Of a DNA stretch of 64,000 bases, positions 49,196 through 58,200 are shown piece after piece. This DNA is from Alphaproteobacteria bacterium (GTDB lineage: Bacteria > Pseudomonadota > Alphaproteobacteria > UBA828). Position 1 is the stretch's first letter. Each line of letters opens with the position of its first letter. Position numbers and translations under genes: made by a program. Location: NCBI GenBank assembly GCA_965220745.1, contig CBDCQT010000010.1:64001-128000 (forward strand), given 5' to 3'. The notes beneath the pieces were generated by a model, which was not told where the DNA came from, searched no databases, and was given only the letters and a program-made list of their open reading frames with translations.

Positions 49196-50290
49196 ATGCG
49201 TGGACTGATCTTCGGTGTCGTCGCGCTGCTCGCGGCCAGCTTGCTCCCCCTTTCCGCGACGCAGGCGGCATTCAAGCTGGAAGGCAGGCCCAAGGTCGCG
49301 ATGCTCCATCTCGGCACCGTCAACGACGGCGGCTGGTCGGAGGCGCTCGACCGCGCACGGGTCAAGACCGAGGAGGCGCTGAGGCTCAAGATCGCTGTCA
49401 GCCAGCGGGTGCCCGAGGAGTGGGCGATCATCCTGCAGCTCGTCGATCGCTATGTGCGCGAGGGCTACAACATCATCATCGGCACCTCCTGGGGCCACAG
49501 CGACGCCTTGCGCGAGGCCGCGCGCAGGTACCCCAACGTGGCCTTCCTGAACTGCGCCGGTGCGACCACGGCGCCCAATCTGGAGAGCTTCTACGCCCGC
49601 ACGTATCAGGGCTGGTACCTGGCCGGGATCATCGCCGGTCATCTGACCCGGACCGAGAAAATCGGCGCCCTCGGCGGCTATCGGCTGGGTCCCGTGACCT
49701 GGGACCTCAACGCCTTCTTGCGCGGGGCCCAGTCGGTCAATCCCGCCGTCGAGATGATTGGCATCTACGTCAACACCTGGTTCGACCCGAGCAAGGAAAC
49801 GCAGGCGGCCGAGAGCCTGCTGGCGCAGGGAGTCGACGTGCTGGGATCGAACCTGAGCGCGCCGGGGCCGCACCGCGCCTTCGAGGATCGCGGCAAGTGG
49901 TCGATCGGCTTTCAGATCGACATGTCCGAGGAGGCGCCGAAGGGCGTCGCGGCCTCGATGGTCTACACGTGGGAGGCGTACCTGATTCCCACCATTCAGG
50001 CGATCGTCGAAGGCACCTGGACGCCCGAGAGGCCGAGCTGGTGGAGGGGCATCGAGACCGGCGTCTTCGACGTGGAGCCCATCGCGGCGTGGGTGCCACG
50101 CGCGGCGGTGGCGGACGTCGAGCGGGCGCGCGCGAAGATGATCGCGGGCGAGCTCGATCCCTTCGAGGGACCGCTCTACCGCAACAACGGCACGCTCGCG
50201 GTGCCGGAAGGCAAGGTTCCCTCCGACCGAGAGCTGTGGGGGATGGACTACCTGATCGAGGGCGCCGTCGACATCTCACTTGCGGAGTGA
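49196..50290 (+). CDS. BMP-family (nucleoside-type) ABC substrate-binding protein
   Basis: 'DGGWSEAL', 'IIGTSWG', 'VNTWFDPSKE', 'FEGPLY'. Confidence 0.85.
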   Translation: MRGLIFGVVALLAASLLPLSATQAAFKLEGRPKVAMLHLGTVNDGGWSEALDRARVKTEEALRLKIAVSQRVPEEWAIILQLVDRYVREGYNIIIGTSWGHSDALREAARRYPNVAFLNCAGATTAPNLESFYARTYQGWYLAGIIAGHLTRTEKIGALGGYRLGPVTWDLNAFLRGAQSVNPAVEMIGIYVNTWFDPSKETQAAESLLAQGVDVLGSNLSAPGPHRAFEDRGKWSIGFQIDMSEEAPKGVAASMVYTWEAYLIPTIQAIVEGTWTPERPSWWRGIETGVFDVEPIAAWVPRAAVADVERARAKMIAGELDPFEGPLYRNNGTLAVPEGKVPSDRELWGMDYLIEGAVDISLAE

Positions 50291-50329
50291 AGCGGTCAGA
50301 CGACCGAGAGGTACCTCGCGGACCCGTCG

Positions 50330-50515
50330 TCAGGCGGCCTCTCCCTCCTGCACGGGATCGAAGTCGGCCTTGGGCGCCCGGCAATCGGGGCAGCACCAGT
50401 CATCCGGGAGGTCCGCGAACGGCGTGTCCGGCGGCGTCTCGCGCTGCGCTTCGCCCTTGGCGGGATCGTAGACGTAGCCGCACCAGCGGCACCGATAGCG
50501 CGTCATGGGAGACAT
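50330..50515 (-). CDS. Rubredoxin
   Basis: 'YRCRWCGYVYDP...TPFADLPDDWCCPDC..PKADF', two CxxC motifs; start could be 50506. Confidence 0.92.
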   Translation of the reverse strand: MSPMTRYRCRWCGYVYDPAKGEAQRETPPDTPFADLPDDWCCPDCRAPKADFDPVQEGEAA

Positions 50516-50585
50516 CGCCGCGGCATGGCCGTGGGAGAAACGCGCGGCCGGCCCGTCTCGGACCGGCCGCAAGTCGTCAACTTGA

Positions 50586-51755
50586 CTAGTGAATGCCGAG
50601 CTTCTCCGCAGCCATCTGCGTTCCCTTGATGCGGGACTCGATCTTCTGGAACGCCACGTCGCGGGCGTAATCGGGCGAGCCGTGGTTGGGCTTCACGTCG
50701 ATGCTGAAGGGCGAGAAGCCGCAGTCGTCGGTAGACGCAATCTGCTCCTTCGGCAGGTGATTGGCGGCCGCGATGAGCTGCTCGCACACCTCTTCGGGCG
50801 ATTCCACCCGCGGGTTCTGCGGGTTGATGACGCCGATGTAGGCCATCTGCGTGACGCCGTTGGCGTCGGTGCGGATGCTCGCCGCGATGTCCTTGTAGAC
50901 CTGCTCCTGGTTCCGCTCGCTCTTGAACTGGATCATGAAATAGCCGGCATTGAGCTGGAACATGCTCGGCAGCAGGTCGTTGTAGGGCACGTCGGCGCTG
51001 TGCACCGAATCGCAGTCGCCGCCCGGGCAGGTGTGGATGCCGATGTTCACCCGCTCCTCCGCCGTGAAGCGGTCGAGCACCGCGTTGATCAGATCGATGA
51101 AGTGGGGAAGCATCTGGCGGCCGGTCCAGGGATTGCGCGAATCGTTGCGGCAGGAGAGCCGGCCCTCGGTGAAGTCGATGGAGACCCGTACCGCGCCGGC
51201 AGCGAAGGCCTCGCGCACGTCCTTCTCGCACTCGTCGATCAGGTCGGCCTCGAACGCCTCGCGCGAGTAGCCCTCGATCTCCTCGTCGAGGGGGTAGAGC
51301 AGCGCGAGCATCGAGGGCGCGATCACCGCCTGCTTCATCGGCTTGGTCGCGGACTTGATCGAGAGCTTGAGGGAATCGGCCGCGAAGCTCTTGTAGCGGA
51401 ACGGGCCGCCGGTGAGACGCGGCAGCTGGCGATGGTGGCCATCGGCGAAGATGGCGAAGTACTGGCCGCCGCCCGCAAGATGGTCGGCGAGGCCCGTTCC
51501 CGCCAGGGTGTCGGTGATGGGATAGGTGGCGAAGCTCGACCAGCGTTGCTCTCCGTCGGAGACGATAGGCGAGCCGGCGGCCTCCATGCGCGAAATCGAA
51601 TCGCGCACCGCCTCCTCCTGCTCGGCCTCGAGATCGGCTTTCGAAATGTCGCCCGCATCGTAGGCGGCGTAGGCGGCCTGAAGCTTGGACGGGCGGGGCA
51701 GCGAGCCCACGGGTTCGGTCGGAATTCCGGTGGCAGTACGGGGATCGTAGGTCAT
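50586..51755 (-). CDS. Cobalamin-independent methionine synthase II-family protein (single MetE barrel)
   Basis: 'VGSLPRP', 'SDGEQR', Zn ligands 'HTCPG' and 'DDCGFS'. Confidence 0.85.
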   Translation of the reverse strand: MTYDPRTATGIPTEPVGSLPRPSKLQAAYAAYDAGDISKADLEAEQEEAVRDSISRMEAAGSPIVSDGEQRWSSFATYPITDTLAGTGLADHLAGGGQYFAIFADGHHRQLPRLTGGPFRYKSFAADSLKLSIKSATKPMKQAVIAPSMLALLYPLDEEIEGYSREAFEADLIDECEKDVREAFAAGAVRVSIDFTEGRLSCRNDSRNPWTGRQMLPHFIDLINAVLDRFTAEERVNIGIHTCPGGDCDSVHSADVPYNDLLPSMFQLNAGYFMIQFKSERNQEQVYKDIAASIRTDANGVTQMAYIGVINPQNPRVESPEEVCEQLIAAANHLPKEQIASTDDCGFSPFSIDVKPNHGSPDYARDVAFQKIESRIKGTQMAAEKLGIH

Positions 51756-51861
51756 CGGTCATCTCCCGGTATTCGTTGATGCTTGCCGCCATCGTCCCAT
51801 AGGAGCGGTGCTGCGTTCAACGCATAGGCAGCGCGACGGGACTCGCGCCCGATCGCGTGCC

Positions 51862-51915
51862 CCGCACCTTGGTGCGATGGTCGTTGGCGCCGGGTGCCGT
51901 CATGGTAAGGGCATG
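51862..51915 (+). promoter_or_regulatory. Putative Mor/C-type leaderless late promoter, copy C (terminase)
   Basis: CCGCACCTTGGTGCGA (51862-51877) + N23 + CATGGT (51901-51906) + N6 + ATG (51913). Confidence 0.72.
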
Positions 51916-53289
51916 GTTGGCCCTGCTTCTAGCGAATCGCTCCACCTCTCCCTCCTCCCCTATCAGGCCCGCTGGGTGTCGGACCCGGCAGGTTTCAAGG
52001 TGATCGAAAAGGCGCGGCGCATCGGCATCTCCTGGGCCGAGGCCTACGACGCGGTAATGCACGCGGGCTCGAAATGGGGCGGCAACGTCTATTACCAGGC
52101 CTACAACCTGGAGATGACCCGGGGCTTCATCGAGGACTGCGCCGGCTGGGCAGAGAGGTTGCAGAGCAGGGCCGGTGCGCTCGGCGAGACCTTGATGGTG
52201 GAGGATGGGCGTGCCGTGCGGGCCTTCCGCATCGCCTTCGGCTCAGGCAACGAAATCCTCGCCATGACTTCGGCGCCGCGCGCCTTCCGCTCCAAGGGCC
52301 GGCCCGGCGATCTTGCCATCGTCGACGAAGCGGCCTTCGTCGACGACCTCGGCGAAGTGCTGAAGGCGGCGCTCGCCTTCCGCGTCTGGGGCGGGCGGGC
52401 GCACGTCATCAGCACCCACAACGGCGAGGCCAACCCCTTCGCGACGCTCTGCCGCGAGATCGACGAGGGCGCGCGGCCGGGCACGCTGCACCGCACCACG
52501 CTCAAGGAGGCGCTGGCGCAGGGTCTCTTTCGCCGCATCGTCGAGGGGCAGGGCCGCCCCTGGTCGGCCGCCGCCGAGGCCGAATGGGAGGGCGCGCTCA
52601 GGGCCGAATACGGCAGCCATTCGGGCGAAGAACTCGACTGCATCCCCGCCGCCGGTGGCGGGGCCTGGCTCGCGTGGGAGGCGATCCGCGCCTGCGAAGA
52701 CCCCACCGCAGGCGATCCCGCCGCCTTCGCCGGCGGCGGCGCCACCGTCGGCGTGGACGTGGCGCGGCGGCGTGACCTCTGGGTCGCAGCGGTACTCGAG
52801 CAGGTGGGCGACGTGCTCTGGCTGCGCGAGCTGGCGGTCCGCCAGGGCATCCCCTTCAGCCAGCAGCGGGCGATCGTGGGCGACCTTGCGGCGCGCTATC
52901 GGCCGGTGCGCATCGCCGTGGACCAGACCGGCATGGGAGAGGCCGTGGTGGAGCAGCTGCAGGAAGACCTGGGCCGGACCGCGGTCGAGGGTGTGCTGAT
53001 GTCCGGGCCGCGCAGGCTCGATGTGGCAACGGCGCTGCGCGAGGCGGTGGAGGATCGCCGCCTCCGCATCCCACCCGACGCGGAGCTTAGGCGCGATCTC
53101 CATGCCGTCCGCGCCGAGGCCGGGCCGACCGGGGCGCCGCGGCTGCTTGCCGAACGCTCGGGCACCGACGGCCACGCCGACCGATTCTGGGCTCTGGCGC
53201 TGGCCTGCACCGCCGCCCGCGACGGCAGTGCGACCATTGGGGGTGCCAGCGCCGGCCCGCGCGCTGCTTCGCTTGCGGGGTTCTACTGA
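51913..53289 (+). CDS. Mu gp28-like terminase large subunit
   Basis: 'LLPYQARW...IEKARRIGISWAEA', Walker B 'IVDEAAF', 'ISTHNG', nuclease 'GVDVAR..D', 'DQTGMGE', 'HADRFWALALA'. Confidence 0.9.
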   Translation: MVGPASSESLHLSLLPYQARWVSDPAGFKVIEKARRIGISWAEAYDAVMHAGSKWGGNVYYQAYNLEMTRGFIEDCAGWAERLQSRAGALGETLMVEDGRAVRAFRIAFGSGNEILAMTSAPRAFRSKGRPGDLAIVDEAAFVDDLGEVLKAALAFRVWGGRAHVISTHNGEANPFATLCREIDEGARPGTLHRTTLKEALAQGLFRRIVEGQGRPWSAAAEAEWEGALRAEYGSHSGEELDCIPAAGGGAWLAWEAIRACEDPTAGDPAAFAGGGATVGVDVARRRDLWVAAVLEQVGDVLWLRELAVRQGIPFSQQRAIVGDLAARYRPVRIAVDQTGMGEAVVEQLQEDLGRTAVEGVLMSGPRRLDVATALREAVEDRRLRIPPDAELRRDLHAVRAEAGPTGAPRLLAERSGTDGHADRFWALALACTAARDGSATIGGASAGPRAASLAGFY

Positions 53290-53323
53290 CCGGCAGAAGG
53301 CGACCGAGGCGGGCGAAGAGGCC

Positions 53324-53377
53324 CCGCACCATGGTCCGGTGCACAGGCCGGGCCGGAGTCCCGATGATCGGGGCATG
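53324..53377 (+). promoter_or_regulatory. Putative Mor/C-type leaderless late promoter, copy B (portal)
   Basis: CCGCACCATGGTCCGG (53324-53339) + N23 + GATGAT (53363-53368) + N6 + ATG (53375). Confidence 0.75.
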
Positions 53378-53427
53378 ATGATTGCCCGATCCTCCGCGTC
53401 TCTACCGGCCAACCGGAGCCTCGTCTG

Positions 53428-54666
53428 ATGGCGGCGGCCCTCGCGACCCGGCTCCGCCGGCTGCTCTCTCCCTCCCGTGCTGGCACGCCGGCAGGGCCGC
53501 CCTCTGGCGAGGTCGCCGCAGCCAGCATCGCTGGCCGCCTCCAGCCCTATATCGGTGAGCTGCCGCTCAACCCGCGCCAGCCCTCGCGCTATGCCGAACG
53601 CTACCGCGACGAGGGCGCGGCACTCCGCATCTACCGCGACATCCTGCGGGACGAGCGCTGCCAGGCTGCGCTCGACCAGCGCCTCGATGCCGCCATCGCG
53701 CGGCCCTGGACGGTCGAGCCCGGCGGCGACGGCCCGGACGATCGTGCCGCGGCCGACGACCTCGCCCGCCAGCTCGATGGCGTCGGCTTCGATGCCGTCA
53801 GCCGCCAGCTCCTGCACGGGGTCTGGTACGGCTACGCCATCGCCGAGGCGCTCTGGGCCCGCGCGGGCGACCGCGTCGTGCTCGACCGCCTCGTGGTGCG
53901 CGCGCCCGACCGCTTCCGCTGGTCGGCGGAGGGCCAGCCCCTGCTCCGCACCGACGCCCACCCCCTGGGCGAGCCGCTGCCGGAAGCAAAATTCGTGATC
54001 CTTCGCCGCCCCGGCGAGCACGGCGACCTGCCCCACGGGCCGGGCCTCGCGCGCTGGTGCTTCTGGCCGGTCTGGCTCAAGCGCCACGGGCTCAAGTTCT
54101 GGTCCGTCGCGCTCGAAAAGTTCGGCGCTCCCGGCGTCAAGGGCACCTATCCCAGGAACGCGAGCGCCGAGCAGAAGGCCGACCTGCTCGACCTGGTGCA
54201 GTCCTTCGCCACCAGCCTCGGCGTCATCCTGCCCGAGGGCCAGGAGATCGAGATCGTCGAGAGCGCGCGCCGCGCCGGCGGCGACTTCCAGGCCTTCGTC
54301 GCCTATCTCGACCGTGCCATCGCGACCACGATCCTCGGGCAGTCCGCCACCACCGACATGGGGCCCTGGCGCGGCACCGCCGAAGTGCAGCGCGACGTGC
54401 GCGACGAGACCGTCGCCGCCGACTGCCGCCTGCTCGACGACGCGCTGGGCGGCACCGTCGCCCGCTGGCTCACTGCCTGGAACTTTCCGGGTGCGGCGAC
54501 GCCCCGCATCCGCCGCGACGCATCACCGCCGGAGGACCTCGACGCCCGCGCCCGCCGCGAGGCCGTCATCGCCAGCACCAGCGGCCTGCGTCCCACCCGA
54601 TCCCACATCGAACGCACCTATGGCGGGAAGTGGGAGGCGGCGCCGCCTGCATCTGGGGCGGCGTAA
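53428..54666 (+). CDS. Mu gp29-like portal protein (DUF935)
   Basis: 'YRDILRDE..QAALDQR', 'HGVWYGYAIAE', 'GLARWCFWPVWLKR..LKFW...EKFGAP', 'ILGQSAT'. Confidence 0.88.
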   Translation: MAAALATRLRRLLSPSRAGTPAGPPSGEVAAASIAGRLQPYIGELPLNPRQPSRYAERYRDEGAALRIYRDILRDERCQAALDQRLDAAIARPWTVEPGGDGPDDRAAADDLARQLDGVGFDAVSRQLLHGVWYGYAIAEALWARAGDRVVLDRLVVRAPDRFRWSAEGQPLLRTDAHPLGEPLPEAKFVILRRPGEHGDLPHGPGLARWCFWPVWLKRHGLKFWSVALEKFGAPGVKGTYPRNASAEQKADLLDLVQSFATSLGVILPEGQEIEIVESARRAGGDFQAFVAYLDRAIATTILGQSATTDMGPWRGTAEVQRDVRDETVAADCRLLDDALGGTVARWLTAWNFPGAATPRIRRDASPPEDLDARARREAVIASTSGLRPTRSHIERTYGGKWEAAPPASGAA

Positions 54667-54687
54667 GGAGATAGCGCCGGGGCTGGC

Positions 54688-54731
54688 TCAAGCCTCGGCG
54701 TATTCGAGCAGGAGGTCCTTGGCTTCGACCG
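54688..54731 (-). repeat. Duplicated 3' end of pyc (44-bp direct repeat of 55202-55245)
   Basis: 42/44 identical; both differences synonymous in the pyc frame (GAG/GAA, CTC/CTG). Confidence 0.9.
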
Positions 54732-54772
54732 TTGTTAAGCGTCGAATTTTGACCCCTCAGAGTTCAGCCCTC

Positions 54773-54841
54773 TCAACGGATTCCCGCGCCGATCGCCATC
54801 AGATCGGCGACCGCCATGGCCTTCCATTCAAGTTCGTGCAC
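54773..54841 (-). pseudogene. Truncated RelE/ParE-type toxin
   Basis: GTG overlapping the antitoxin 3' end gives MHELEWKAMAVADLMAI.. (RelE/ParE-like N-terminus), then a stop after 22 codons. Confidence 0.6.
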
Positions 54842-55127
54842 GGCGCTTCCCGTCGATGAGCGCCTGCGTGCCGGTCATAACTTGTTCATGCGGAACCGCG
54901 GGGCGCGGATCGTCCAGGGCTTCCCGTACCTTGGCGCGGAACCACGCGTCATAGGCTTCGGGATCGGCGGTCAGTCCCGCCGGCAAACCGCCCTCCGCAG
55001 CAACACGGGTCAACAGGATGCGCACGGCATCGGAGAGTGTCAGGCCGACGCCGGCCAGCGTGTCGGCCGCTTTCGCCTTGAGCCGATCGTCCACACGGAC
55101 ATGGAGCATCGAAGTCTGAGCTGGCAT
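54828..55127 (-). CDS. RelB/DinJ-family antitoxin
   Basis: 'LHVRVDDRLKAKAADTLAGVGLTLSDAVRILL.RVAAEGGLP', 'YDAWFRAKVREALDDPRP'. Confidence 0.88.
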   Translation of the reverse strand: MPAQTSMLHVRVDDRLKAKAADTLAGVGLTLSDAVRILLTRVAAEGGLPAGLTADPEAYDAWFRAKVREALDDPRPAVPHEQVMTGTQALIDGKRRART

Positions 55128-55156
55128 GGGACATCCTCCGTCGCTGCCAACGGTAT

Positions 55157-55174
55157 GCATCTCAATTGAGATGC
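55157..55174. promoter_or_regulatory. Probable antitoxin operator
   Basis: Perfect 18-bp palindrome GCATCTCAATTGAGATGC, 30 bp upstream of the antitoxin start. Confidence 0.65.
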
Positions 55175-55201
55175 GTCAAGCGAAACGACGGAGGCCCAAG
55201 A

Positions 55202-58200
55202 TCAAGCCTCGGCGTATTCGAGGAGGAGGTCCTTGGCCTCGACCGATTGCCCGGCCGCCACGTGCAGGGCCGCGACGGTGCCGTCGCGCTCGGCGTGGAG
55301 GGCGGTCTCCATCTTCATGGCTTCGACGGTCATCAGCAGGTCGCCGGCCACGACGTGGCGCCCGCTCGCCACCGCGACCGAGGCCACCACGCCCGGCATC
55401 GGGGCCGAGACGTGCCGCGGGTTAGCGGGATCGGCCTTGGGCCGGCGCACCACGCTCGCAGAGGCCTCGCGGTTCTCCACCTTGACCGTGCGGGGCTGGC
55501 CGTTCAGCTCGAAGAAGACGCGCACCGCGCCCTCCTCGTCGGTCTCGCCGACGGCGAGGCAGCGGATGACCAGGGTGTGCCCGCGCTCGATCTCGACCGA
55601 GACCTCGCGCCTGGGCGCAAGCCCGTAGAAGTACACGTCGGTCGGCAGCGCGGAGACCGGCCCGTAAAGCTCGTTGCGCGCCGCGTAATCCGTGAACACC
55701 TTGGGGTAGAAGAGCCAGGAATAGAGGTCCTCGTCCGAGAGCGACCAGCCGGTCTCCTCCTCCGCCCGCGCGCGCTCGGCCTCCAGGTCGGCGGGCGGGA
55801 GCACGGCGCCGGGGCGCCCTTCGATGGGCGCCTCGCCCTTCAGGATCTTGCTCGAAAGCGGCTCGGGGAAGCCGCCCGGCATACGGCCAAGCTCGCCCCG
55901 GAAGAGCCCGACCACCGATTCCGGGAAGGCGATCTCGCGATCCAGGTCCTCGACATCGGCCCGCGTGAGGCCGCCGGAGACCATCACCAGCGCCATGTCG
56001 CCCACCACCTTGGAGGTGGGCGTCACCTTGACGATGTCGCCGAACATCCGGTTGACCTCGGCGTAGGCTTCGGCCACCTCGTGCCAGCGCTCGGCTAGGC
56101 CGAGGGAGCGCGCCTGCTCGCGCAGGTTGGTGAACTGCCCGCCCGGCATCTCGTGCAGGTAGACCTCCGACGCCGGCGCCCGCATGTCGGTCTCGAACGC
56201 GGCGTACTGCGCGCGCACCACCTCCCAGTAGTCGGAAATCTCGCGTACGTGGGCCGGGTCGAGGCCGGTCTCGCGCGGCTGGCCGCGCAGCGCCTCCACC
56301 ACCGAGCCGAGGCAGGGCTGGGAGGTGAAGCCGGAGAGGCTGTCCATGGCGAGGTCCACCGCGTCGACGCCCGCGTCGACCGCCGTCAACACGCTGGCGG
56401 CTGCAATGCCGGAGGTGTCGTGGGTGTGGAAGTGGACCGGAAGCCCGGTCTCCTCCTTCAACGCATGGACCAGCTCGCGGGCGGCGGCGGGCTTGACCAG
56501 CCCCGCCATGTCCTTGATGCCGAGGATGTGGGTGCCGGCATCGCGCAGCTCGCGGGCCATGCGGCGGTAATACTCGATGTCGTAGCGGCTGCGGCTCTCG
56601 TCGTGGAGGTCGCCCGTGTAGCAGATCGCCGCCTCGCAGAGCCGCCCGGTCTCCAGCACCGCGTCGACCGCAACCCGCATGTTCTCGACCGAGTTCAGCG
56701 GATCGAAGATGCGGAAGACGTCGATGCCCGAGTCCGCGGCGCGGGCCACGAAGCCCCGGACCACGTTGTCCGGGTAGTTGGTGTAGCCCACGCCGTTGGA
56801 GGCACGCAGCAGCATCTGCAGCAGGATGTTCGGGACCTGCGTGCGCAAGCGCTCCAGTCGCTCCCACGGGCACTCGTTGAGGAAGCGCAGCGCTACGTCG
56901 AAGGTGGCGCCGCCCCAGCATTCCAGCGAGAAGAGCTGCGGCAGGTTGTAGGCATAGGCATCGGCGATCTGGCAGAGGTCGTAGGTGCGCATCCGGGTCG
57001 CCAGCAGCGACTGGTGCGCGTCCCGCATGGTGGTGTCGGTGACCAGCGTGCGCTCCTGCGCCAGCATCCAGGCCACGACCGCTTCGGGCCCCTCGGCATC
57101 GAGCTGCGCCTTCGCGCCGGCCGCGGGCTCCTTGGCGTGGAGCGGCGGCGGGCTGGGATTGCGGGCATGGGCCGGCGGCGCAGGCCGATCCTTCACCTCC
57201 GGGTGGCCGTTGACCGTGGTCTCGGCGATGTAGCGCAGCAGGCGGCTCGCACGATCGCGCGGGCGGGCGAAGGTGAGCAGCTCCGGGTTGTCGTCGATGA
57301 AGCGGGTGGTCACCTGGCCCTGACGAAAGGCCTCGTCGCCGACCAGGCGTTCGAGAAAGTCGATGTTGGTGGCGACCCCCCTAATGCGGAACTCCTGGAG
57401 CGCGCGCCGCATGCGGTCGATGGCGCCTTCGCGCGAGGAGGCCCAGGCGGTGACCTTCTCCAGCAGCGAATCGTAGTGGCGGGTGATGACCGCGCCGGTG
57501 TACGCGGTGCCGCCATCGAGGCGGATGCCGAAGCCGGTGGCGGCGCGGTAGGCGGTGATGCGCCCGTAGTCGGGGATGAAGCGGTCGAGCGGATCCTCGG
57601 TGGTGATCCGGCACTGCACCGCGTGGCCGCGCAGTGCGATCTCGTCCTGCGGCGGGCAGGCGTCGTCCGGCTCCTCCCCTATGGCGCCGCCTTCGGCAAC
57701 GCGGATCTGGGCCCGCACCAGGTCGACGCCGGTCACCTGCTCGGTGACGGTGTGCTCGACCTGGATGCGCGGATTGACCTCGATGAAGTGAAAGCCATTG
57801 GTGTCGAGATCGTGCAGGAACTCCACCGTGCCCGCGTTAAGGTAGTCGGCGGTGCGGGCGATGGCGAGCGCATGGCCGGTGAGCTCGTCGCGCTGCGCGG
57901 CCGTGAGGCCGGGGGCCGGCGCGCACTCCACGATCTTCTGGTTGCGCCGTTGCACGGAGCAATCGCGCTCGAAGAGGTGGACGATCCGGCCGTGACCGTC
58001 CGCCAGAATCTGGACCTCCAGGTGCCGGGCCCGGCGGATGAAGCGCTCGAAATAGACGTCGTCCTTGCCGAAGGCGGCGTCCGCCTCGCGCCGTGCGGCG
58101 AGCAGAGCGGCCTCGAACTCGTCCTCGGCCTCGACCGTGCGCATGCCGCGCCCGCCGCCACCCCAGCTCGCCTTGAGTATCCCGGGGAATCCCACGTCTC

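Noticed and set aside
32475-54666. One continuous intact Mu-like prophage
   Set aside because: No transposase A/B, capsid or tail genes and no recognisable Mu ends or target duplication; 14.6 kb of typical host metabolic genes lie between the blocks.
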